Shown here piece after piece: positions 24,180 through 36,456 of a DNA stretch of 64,000 nt. This stretch comes from Macrostomum hystrix (Eukaryota > Animalia > Platyhelminthes): assembly GCA_950097015.1 (NCBI GenBank), contig CATNEN010000038.1:33852001-33916000 (forward strand), in the 5' to 3' direction. The position numbers and the translations under genes were made by a program. The notes under the pieces are model-generated. The model was not told where the DNA came from, searched no databases, and worked only from the letters and a program-made list of their open reading frames with translations. The number at the start of each line of letters is the position of its first letter. The stretch's first letter is position 1.

Positions 24180-25530
24180 TCATCACCCCCCTAATATCTC
24201 ATCACCTACTCTAATATCTCACCACCTACTCTAATATCTCACCACCTACTCTAATATCTCATCGCCTACTCTAATCTCCCATCACCTGCTCTAATCTCTC
24301 ATCACCTACTCTAATCACTCATCACCTACTCTAATATCTCACCACCTGCTAATATCTCATCACCTACTCTAATATCTCATCGCCTACTCTAATATCTCAT
24401 CACCTACTCTAATATCTCATCACCTACTCTAATATCTCATCGCCTACTCTAATATCTCATCACCTACTCTAATATCTCATCGCCTACTCTAATCTCCCAT
24501 CACCTGCTCTAATATCTCATTGCCTACTCTAATCTCCCATCACCTGCTCTAATATCTCATCGCCTACTCTAATCTCCCATCACCTGCTCTAATATCTCAC
24601 CACCTACTCTAATATCTCATCGCCTACTCTAATCTCTCATCGCCTGCTCTAATATCTCACCACCTACTCTAATATCTCATCGCCTACTCTAATCTCCCAT
24701 CACCTGCTCTAATATCTCACCACCTACTCTAATATCTCACCACCTACTCTAATATCTCATCGCCTACTCTAATCTACCATCACCTGCTCTAACATCTCAC
24801 CACCTACTCTAATATCTCACCACCTACTCTAATCTCCCATCACCTGCTCTAATATCTCATCGCCTACTCTAATATCTCATCGCCTACTCTAATCTTCCAT
24901 CACCTGCTCTAATATCTCACCACCTACTCTAATATCTCACCACTTACTCTAATATCTCATCGCCTACTCTAATATCTCATCGCCTACTCTAATCTCCCAT
25001 CACCTGCTCTAATATCTCACCACCTACTCTAATATCTCACCACCTACTCTAATATCTCATCGCCCACTCTAATATCTCATCGCCTACTCTAATCTCTCAC
25101 CACCTACTCTAATATCTCACCACCTACTCTAATATCTCACCACCTACTCTAATATCTCACCACCTACTCTAATATCTCACCACCTACTCTAATATCTCAC
25201 CACCTACTCTAATATCTCACCACCTACTCTAATATCTCACCACCTACTCTAATCACTCATCACCTGCTCTAATATCTCACCACCTACTCTAATATCTCAC
25301 CACCTACTCTAATATCTCACCACCTACTCTAATATCTCACCACCTACTCTAATATCTCACCACCTACTCTAATATCTCACCACCTACTCTAATATCTCAT
25401 CACCTACTCTAATATCTCACCACCTACTCTAATATCTCATCACCTACTCTAATATCTCACCACCTACTCTAATATCTCACCACCTACTCTAATATCTCAC
25501 CACCTACTCTAATATCTCATCACCTAATCT
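24180..25530. repeat. 1.35-kb 20-bp minisatellite (CTAATATCTCACCACCTACT); reverse-complement relative of the intron-9 array
   Basis: Tandem 20-bp units. The reverse complement of the variant CTAATCTCTCATCACCTACT is AGTAGGTGATGAGAGATTAG, matching the units at 20340-20680. Confidence 0.97.
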
Positions 25531-26039
25531 CATTTAGTAATTAATCGCTTCTCTTGCATCACAGTCACAACCACTTTAAAGACGTAGGACCCGTGTCTGA
25601 TTTTAGGTTAGCATAGTCAGTGCAGTAGCTCTTTTCTGTTGTGCTCAAAATGTCATATAAGCTGTATTTCACCAACAAAAGAGATTATTGTGGCAGAAGT
25701 TATAATAAGTTTGTAGATAACAAAACGAAATCAGTTAGGCCAAAAAATACAGTTTTTAGAAAACTATCAGTGTAAAATAGAGCGAAAATCTCTTTGTAAA
25801 ATTTTCCACCTTACAATTACCATTGTGTGCACAAGCAAACTTTAAAAAACAGCATTCAATCACCTGGTGAGTTATAACACTTTCTTTAAGCAAACTACAA
25901 TAAAAACTGTCAGTTTTCAAAGCTCGTTTTGATTAATAAGCTAACTGATAATGGTTCACGCATGCAGGACTGAAGGAGAATAGAAGCATATCTATAGCGC
26001 TGTGTAGTAGTTGTGTTCGGCTGCTAAGGACATAACCAA

Positions 26040-26745
26040 TTTCAAGGACATTCCTCATTTCCAGGAACACCACACCATTTTCAAGGACATTCCTCATTTC
26101 CAGGGACACCACACCATTTTCAAGGACATTCCTCATTTCCAGGGACACCACACCATTTTCAAGGACATTCCTCATTTCCAGGGACACCACACCATTTTCA
26201 AGGACATTCCTCATTTCCAGGAACACCACACCATTTTCAAGGACATTCCTCATTTCCAGGAACACCACACCATTTTCAAGGACATTCCTCATTTCCAGGG
26301 ACACCACACCATTTTCAAGGACATTCCTCATTTCCAGGGTCATACCCCCATTTTCAAGGACATTCCTCATTTCCAGGGACACCACATCTTTTCAAGGACA
26401 TTCCTCATTTCCAGGAACACCACACCATTTTCAAGGACATTCCTCATTTCCAGGAACACCACACCATTTTCAAGGACATTCCTCATTTCCAGGAACACCA
26501 CACCATTTTCAAGGACATTCCTCATTTCCAGGGACACCACACCATTTTCAAGGACATTCCTCATTTCCAGGGACACCACACCATCTTCAAGGACATTCCT
26601 CATTTCCAGGAACACCACACCATTTTCAAGGACATTCCTCATTTCCAGGGACACCACACCATTTTCAAGGACATTCCTCATTTCCAGGGTCATACCCCCA
26701 TTTTCAAGGACATTCCTCATTTCCAGGGACACCACATCTTTTCAA
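26040..26745. repeat. 39-bp minisatellite (TTCAAGGACATTCCTCATTTCCAGGGACACCACACCATT) with a 350-bp higher-order duplication
   Basis: About 18 units. The rare variants GGTCATACCCCC and ACCACATCTT recur exactly 350 bp apart. Confidence 0.96.
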
Positions 26746-27049
26746 TTGGAATGCAACGCATGAGATATTTCTAAAATCTAGCGATAGTAAAAGAGTGGAT
26801 AAAAGTTCAGAACAATAATATCATTAACAATAAAAAGGGTCAATAAGTTCGATAGGTACGAGAAAAACGCTGTCTAGGAAAGATGACTCAAGTTTTGAAG
26901 TAATGCCAAGAATAGAAGAAAAGAAGTAGTTTTGAGTTATTATAGACAACCAAAATGCCTAATTAGGAAATACAGCTGCATAGTAGAATGCATTTTCCCG
27001 TATTCATATTCATTTGATTTGTTCATAAATTTCTCCTACCATAAATGAA

Positions 27050-27930
27050 GTATCTCTCCTACAGTTAGATATCTAGAACAGGTATCTCTCCTACAGTTAG
27101 ATATCTAGAACAGGCATCTCTCCTACAGGTAGATATCTAGAACAGGCATCTCTCCTACAGTTAGATATCTAGAACAGGTATCTCTCCTACAGTTAGATAT
27201 CTAGAACAGGTATCTCTCCTACAGTTAGATATCTAGAACAGGCATCTCTCCTACAGGTAGATATCTAGAACAGGTATCTCTCCTACAGTTAGATATCTAG
27301 AACAGACATCTCTCCTGCAGGTAGACATCTAGAACAGGCATCTCTCCTACAGGTGGATATCTAGAACAGGCATCTCTCCTACAGTTAGATATCTAGAACA
27401 GGCATCTCTCCTACAGGTAGATATCTAGAACAGGTATCTCTCCTACAGTTAGATATCTAGAACAGACATCTCTCCTGCAGGTAGACATCTAGAACAGGCA
27501 TCTCTCCTACAGGTGGATATCTAGAACAGGCATCTCTCCTACAGGTAGATATCTAGAACAGGCATCTCTCCTACAGGTGAAATATCTAGAACAGGCATCT
27601 CTCCTACAGGTGAAATATCTAGAACAGGTATCTCTCCTACAGGTGAAATATCAAGAACAGGCATCTCTCCTACAGGTGAAATATCTAGAACAGGCATTTC
27701 TCCTACAGGTGAAATATCTAGAACAGGTATCTCTCCTACAGTTAGATATCTAGAACAGGCATCTCTCCTACAGTTAGATATCTAGAACAGGCATCTCTCC
27801 TACAGTTAGATATCTAGAACAGGCATCTCTCCTACAGGTGAAATATCTAGAACAGGTATCTCTCCTACAGGTGAAATATCTAGAACAGGTATCTCTTATC
27901 TAAAGTTATCTAAAACAGGTATCTCCTAGA
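27050..27930. repeat. 32-bp minisatellite (TCTCTCCTACAGTTAGATATCTAGAACAGGCA)
   Basis: About 27 tandem units; most contain the palindrome TAGATATCTA. Confidence 0.96.
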
Positions 27931-28001
27931 GGTGGCACAGGCATCTCATCTGTACAACCAATCAAATCGGCAGTGCCATCCAATCAGGCGCAGTCAGGAG
28001 G

Positions 28002-31000
28002 TCACATGCGAAACGGTTGCGCCTGCGGCTGTGGCGGGTAGGCCGTGTCGTAGGCCGGCGGCGGCGCTGTTGGATAGGCGGGCGCAAATCCGCCGTAGCC
28101 TGCGTAACCGCCGCCTCCGAAGTACAGAGCGGACGGCGGCGGCACCGGCGGCGGCGTGAACGTCGGTCCGTCGGTCTCCGCTGCAGTCAGGTTGGCGTAG
28201 CGACCGTTGGACCTGGAGCTGGGACCAGGTCGAGCCGACACCTCGGTCGCCCCGGCTGGCACCAGGGAGGCTGTCGAACCGGAGACGGCAAGACGCTTCC
28301 AGGCGGTGACGGCGCGGGCTTTGTTCATGGAGCGCCTCCCTGAGAGGAGAGAAAAACCGCCATGTGCTTCGAAATGTATCTAAGTAGCAATATTCCCCAC
28401 TGCCGCTGTTAGTAGTGTGTTCAGTAATCTTCTATTTAAAAATTGTAAAATCTTTAACACGTGTAATTTTCTTTACTGGAAGGCATGTACTTTTGTTCAA
28501 GCGATTCGAACTCCCGACCTATCAAGGCAAGAAGAGCGAAGCTCTAAACACCGGCCTTCTTACTGGGTCACTACAACTGAATTACGATATAATTTAAATG
28601 AATTCGTGGCTTCCTGCAGTTTTATCGCGCAAAAAGTTATTTTTTAGTTCTTACACTGAGTGCTGGTGTCGCTCTTCTTAGCCTGCGTCTCTCGGCAGCT
28701 GCGACAACAGCAGACTGACACAACGATGATGACGATCAGTAGGACGATGCTACCAACTATGCAGCCAATCAGCATCGGAGTGCTAAAAATAATTAAAACC
28801 AAAATATTTACAAACTTTCACCTCCCTTGACGCCCATGGTGACTCTGAATCATGAGCTCTACGTCCTGACTGATTGGCTGGCAGGTCAGTCACTTGCTTT
28901 TACGAGTAAATTGAGGTGGTTAGAAGGGGATTCCCCGACTGAAAGTTTCTAAAAATAGTCGAACCCCTGCTTAAAAATTCTTCACTGTGTGACCTTGAAT
29001 CACGAGCTCCTGGTGTGATTAAGATTAATTGACTTATAAGGTGAAATAAGCAAAACTTTTAACAGTAGAAAGTCCACTGTGAAATACCCAAATTTTTCTT
29101 TTTTCTGTCTCCCAAAAAATTCAACTAGAGAGTGGAAAATATAGTGGTCTGTCTACTGTTAAGGCGTTTGAATACTATTTTCTTCTTACTTATCCTGCAG
29201 CTTGCAGCAGTACTGCTCATTGTCAGAGCCGCAGCACTGTGTGAAATCTGACGGTTCAAACGGATTCGGGCAGGTGAAAGAGCCCATGGCTGTGCCGCGC
29301 ATGTTCACGGCGTAGTTGCGGCAGACATTGTTGGCTGAAATTATGTCACAGGACGATAATAATAGAATCATAAAAACTTTACATTAAATAGAACGGACTG
29401 TCTTACTTGTGCTGCTGTCGCTGCCCATTGGGCTGGTGCTATGGGAAGTATTTCCTATGTCTGAAAGTTTATTTTATTATTTAAATTCTTTTAGATGTTC
29501 GTAGCAGAACTATCGAAAAATGCTGAGCAACTCACAGCTGCTGTCACTCGTGAAGGTGCTAACATAGGCGTAGGTGAGAATGAAGCCCTGCCTTGTGACA
29601 CTGCTGTCCGTGGTGAATATCACAATAGCTCCTAGTCCAGTTACTGGCACAGTGTTAACCGCAGCGGCGCCAACAGGTGTGCTGGCGTCGCAATAAGTCC
29701 TCATTAGGACCCGGACTCCGCCCATGTCTCTGTAGAAGCTTAACTTGTCGTAGCAGCTCTCCAGATTCATGTAAGTAACATAGAATGTCAGATAGTAGCC
29801 GGGCAGTCCTGGCACCACCCAGCTGCAGTTCATGGAGTTCATATACTGGCCTAGTCCGCTGGTTGGCGAGGGCAACAGCTGACCGAATCTGCCCGAATGG
29901 CTCACAATTAGACTCGTGGAATTCACGCTTAGAACCGTTTGGCCGGAGCAGTCTGAACGGTGGGGTTGCAGTATAGTGTGAAACTAATTAGCACACAAAC
30001 TGTTTCGGTTGTTTTTGACTCGGGAAACGAACCCCTGACTTTCAATTTGTGATTCGAACGCCCAATGATTAGGCTAAAACTCCCTTGAGTTCCTGCAATG
30101 TACTTAACTAACAAGTTAGTGTACTTTTATAAGTAATTAAAACTAATGTGTTAATTGGCGGCATTATAAAAGTACTTCTTGTTGTTATTGATTAATTGAG
30201 CCTTAGCAGTGAGAGCCGGTGTTTACGGCACTGAACGAATCGAAAACTGCAGGTCTAAGCCGTCTAGCCAAGTATCTAATACGCTCGTATATTAATCAAG
30301 AGATAAGGAGGGGGCAGAAGGGTTACACGAGTAATGACTGGCCAGAGGGTAAGAGTTGAAAAGGAGGGGGCGAGGAAAGAAAGACGTGCAGCCAGCCAAT
30401 CAGGGAAGAGGAAATGGAAAGGAAAGTAAAGAGATAATAAGTTTAATAAGAGGGCGCGCGAGCGTGAACAAGCACAGAGAGAAGTAGTGACACTTTTGTA
30501 GCTGTCAAAACCCTTCCGTTGATTTATCCAACTCTCAAAACCCTTCGATTGATTTATCTATCTCTCAAAACTGTGCTATTGAATTTTTTATGTAAGCCCT
30601 TTTAAATTATCAATCTTCGTTTTAAATTAAAAATTTTGCTTTTTAAGTTAAGCTTTCAAACTTTTTAAGTTTGCTTTTCAAGGTAACATTTATTTCTGTT
30701 TGCTCACACTGGGTAGTGAAGCTACTGGCTGCCGTGGTAGCAGTCGAAGCTGTTGACGCTGTTGCTGGAGGCAGTGAAGCCGCGGATCCTGGGGTATTAA
30801 AAAGAATCGGCCAATTTTATTTATTGAGTACACGTGTAAAAGATTAATAGAAAACCGTTTTTTAACTCAGACAGCGGATTTACCTGCGGACACCTGCTGA
30901 TAAAGGGCACTAAATCCAGTCTTGGTGATAGACGAATCGCTGTTAAATGTGACGAACAAATAACGACCGCTGCTGTAGACAATTGTGGATCCCGGATAGC

Positions 31001-32389
31001 TTGGATCGGCGCTAGATGTGCCGTGGAATGTGCCTAGCAAAGTGGCGGAACTGCTGGTTCCGTCGAACACTCGCACCTGGTCAAAGGACTTCTCTGTGGC
31101 GAAAGTGACAAAGCTGAGTTGCAGTGTGTTGCCAGCATTGGCCACAATTGACCAGGTGCAGTACATCGAGTCGACGTAGGACACTGTTCCATAGCCGGTG
31201 TGGCTGTTGAAGTACCCGACGCTGGAGGTCATGGAGCTGCTTGAGGTGCAGGCTAAAACAATGGATTTCTTAGATTAGATTCATGCACGCATCGCCGCAC
31301 TGTTGTGCAAATGTTTCCGGAAAACTCACAGACTGGCGCCGGAGCAGCCGGGGTCGGAGCCGCCGTTGTTGTAGTCGGCGAGCTGCACGAATCCACCGAA
31401 TACGAGCCAGATGTGGAGCGCGTACAGGTGCTGCCATAGTAGTAGCTATAGTAGGTATAGTAATAGTAAGAATAGTAGAGGCCAGTATAGTAGGAATATG
31501 AGTAGGTGTAAGTTGTAGGCGTGTATCGAATGCTGGTCGCCCGGTAAGAATCGTAGCTGCTGCTGTAGCGGTAAGTGTAGCGCGAGTAGGTCGAACTGGA
31601 AAAAAAAATTGTAATGTTTTCTTTCACAAATCTTTTTATTTCTTGTATTAAAAAACTAAATTTCATTTTGCATGCTCTTGCAAACTATTTGTGTAAGTAA
31701 AGTTTTTTAGTTATAAACTTTAAAAGATTAAAAGTTTTGAATAAATTTTAAGTAAAGAATATTTTATTTTCAGCTTCATCTTATTTAGATACTTTCTTCA
31801 ATAAGACAACCAGCCTTTTAAATGCAGATGACATTTAATTTATATTTATATGTATTGGTGGTGACCAAGAGATAAAAAACTTATTATGAACTCACATCAA
31901 ATAAACTAGTTTAATTGCATGCCTACCTGCTGTACGAAGAGCCATAAGAATAGCGAGAGTAGCTATATCTTGAGCTGGACGTGCGGCCGCGGGCTTCAGC
32001 AAAATCAAACGCTGAAATTTTTGTTTGGACATGGGAGATTATAGCTTAAGAGCTAAGCAATTTAAGTAAGTATAATTAACATGCAGTTCATGAAAGTATG
32101 GAGACTATTTCAAAATAGACTTATTAACATTTATGAAATAAATTATATTGGAACTTAATATTCCATTCGCGTTTTTATGAACTTCATGAGTTTTTTAATT
32201 ATATTTACTGTTCAGAAACAATGTAAACAATCTGTGGCAATCACGCATTGGGAGTCATTTAGCGTTTCTCTAGTATGGCAAAACGTGTTGCTTTGCACAA
32301 CAACAACAATATTACATAAGCGCACAATACTTACATCCAAGAACGACGAAAAATAAAAATAAAAGCTCCTTAAATAATATTTTTGCCAT
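28002..32389 (-). CDS. Type-I membrane protein ~645 aa: signal peptide, Tyr/Ser/Arg-rich region, CUB, CUB, Shisa-like Cys domain, TM, CCC, Pro/Tyr-rich PPxY tail; exons 32335-32389, 31927-32011, 31330-31595, 30884-31252, 30708-30788, 29536-29952, 29407-29460, 29190-29334, 28655-28782, 28002-28339
   Basis: Nine GT-AG introns with consistent phases; exons total 1938 nt. Signal peptide MAKILFKELLFLFFVVLGSFDFAEA. CUB motifs YVDSMYCTWSI..LQLSFVTFATEKSFDQVRVFDG..FNSDSSITKTGFSALY and YMNSMNCSWVV..LESCYDKL..FTTDSSVTRQGF. C..FTCP..CCG..YCC module. TM LIGCIVGSIVLLIVIIVVSV followed by CCC. Tail contains PPPAY. Confidence 0.85.
29063..29158. mobile_element. 96-bp miniature inverted-repeat element with TTAA|CAGTAG...CTACTG|TTAA ends
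   Basis: TTAACAGTAGAAAGTCCACT (29059-29078) matches the reverse complement of AGTGGTCTGTCTACTGTTAA (29143-29162) at 18/20. Same terminal signature as 1747-2417. Confidence 0.6.
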
Positions 32390-34450
32390 TAAAAACTAAG
32401 AATAAACGGCTACCCGAGGGTTTCTTTTTAACACACTCAGTCAACCGTAACACTGCGTATTAGAAAAAATATTATGGCAACGTTTGTAAAGTTAAAATTA
32501 CCCTGTTACTACACACGCAGAAAAAATTTTCCTTGTAGAGACAAATTTTATTGTGCGCAACTATTTTTGTCTACTTTATTTTGCCGCAAACTAATTCATA
32601 TTTGCTAACTAGGGTTTACTGAAAAAGCATTTTGTTTAAATCACTAGCGATTGTATACAGGAAAGCAGGCATGTATTGACTTGTATATATACGCATTGAG
32701 TCCTGATTTATTCGGAATTCCCTTAACTATGACTAAGAACCGAAGCATTTACCACGAATCAGTATTTGCAGTTCTTAAATGCACATGGATCGCTATCTAA
32801 CCTGCACGTGATATCGTAACCTGCACGGGTAAATGTTTTGCTTTTTTAATTATATACTGAGCTGTTAAAAGTTTAAAAGTTTAGCAATCATCAAGCACAC
32901 TGATGCCACATTGCTGAGACGGAATTTTACATGCGCATGTACCTCGGCTACAGCATCTGGGCGAGTCGGACCAGAACTCCGGACCGGCTATTAGATCGTA
33001 GACCCGCTCCGGACTTTTGCACTTTCTTATCCCGACGCAACGTCAACATATCCAATTGTTTCAGCCCCCGGATTGGCCGATTCCTAGCGTTTTATCTCGT
33101 CTCGTCCCCCAAACTTCTCTTATCCTATGCGTTCTTTTACAGAACCAAACCACATTCCGAATTTCCTCTCGATTGGCCGACCGCCACACAGGCACGCCCG
33201 CACGTACAGACGGGCCGTCGGCCAAAGCCTCTGAACTGCACACCACCCTAATTACTGCGTCAAAGGCCAAAGCCAGACAAATTCATGCCACCAAAAATAC
33301 GCAATACGTCGGTTTAATAAATCGCGGCTTACAGCCCTGACTTAAATAAAGAGAAAACTGACAACAGAAACTGACAATGAATATTAAGTGATTTTTAATA
33401 TTTAAAACTAATATTTTCGTCGCATAAATATACTTTGAAGTAGTATTAAAACAAAGTGCTTTGTATTTGTTATATTTTTTCGACTTGACATTTATTCCAG
33501 TCAAATAAATATTTTCTGTATGAAATGGCAACAGAAGCACTATTTTCCAGTTTATTTAGTTTTGTTACATTAGTCGACATGACGTGATTCGAAAATATTA
33601 GTCTTTTACTACAGAAAAACAAATATAGGGTTGTAAAACATTATTTTTTCGCACGTTGGTTTACTGACGCATATAAGGAGATTTGAGTGGAATTTAAAAT
33701 AAAAACAACAACAATATATCGGGAGTAAAGTTAGCTGAATTACAGTGTTGCACAAACAGTACAGTTATTGTTTGGGCTGGATTTTTCCGAATAAACGTTT
33801 TAAGAAACAAAAATGTGATAGTTTGTTTTATCTATTTCGCTTTAATTTATCTATTGGCGCACGCAACAAAGCCTTTTTATGTGTACATGAGTCGGAGCAC
33901 TTCGATTTTTTATTATTTCATTGCGTTCTTTAGTATTATGCTCTACACTTATAAAACTGACAAGCATGGCAAAACGGTACTTAAACTTGATCAGTGAAAT
34001 CCAATAAATTTCATCTTTTTGTCAGGAGGGTTTTAGAATGGAATCAAATGTCTGAAAATAGGGATCAGATCCTTATATGGCAAATAGGAGCAGGATCTAG
34101 AAATGGGGATTTGGATATGAGAAGGGTATCCGGTTCTCTAAATGAAGGGATCAAGTTCCTTCAGTGGGGATTATGAAGATTATTGGGATTATGACTACTG
34201 CCACTTAATGAATAGAGTCTCATAAATAGGTTAATATATTAAAAGCATCTGCCATACAGCCAATATATAGTTAGAAATATATAGTTTGGTTTTACGCTTG
34301 AGATCATGGTCGTGCGGGTAGACAATAATAACAAAATAAATATTTACTTCTTTGAAAGTTGCAACGACACATAAATTGTCCCAATTTTACTGTCAGGAAT
34401 AAATATATTATATAAATCTGTTATTTTTTGTCGGCTGCAACTTTTTACAT

Positions 34451-36456
<2,006 letters not shown>

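Noticed and set aside
32930-33340. GC-rich block with two GATTGG (CCAAT) motifs ending CAGCCCTG: promoter or hAT end
   Set aside because: No partner TIR or TSD was found, and a promoter role cannot be shown from sequence alone.
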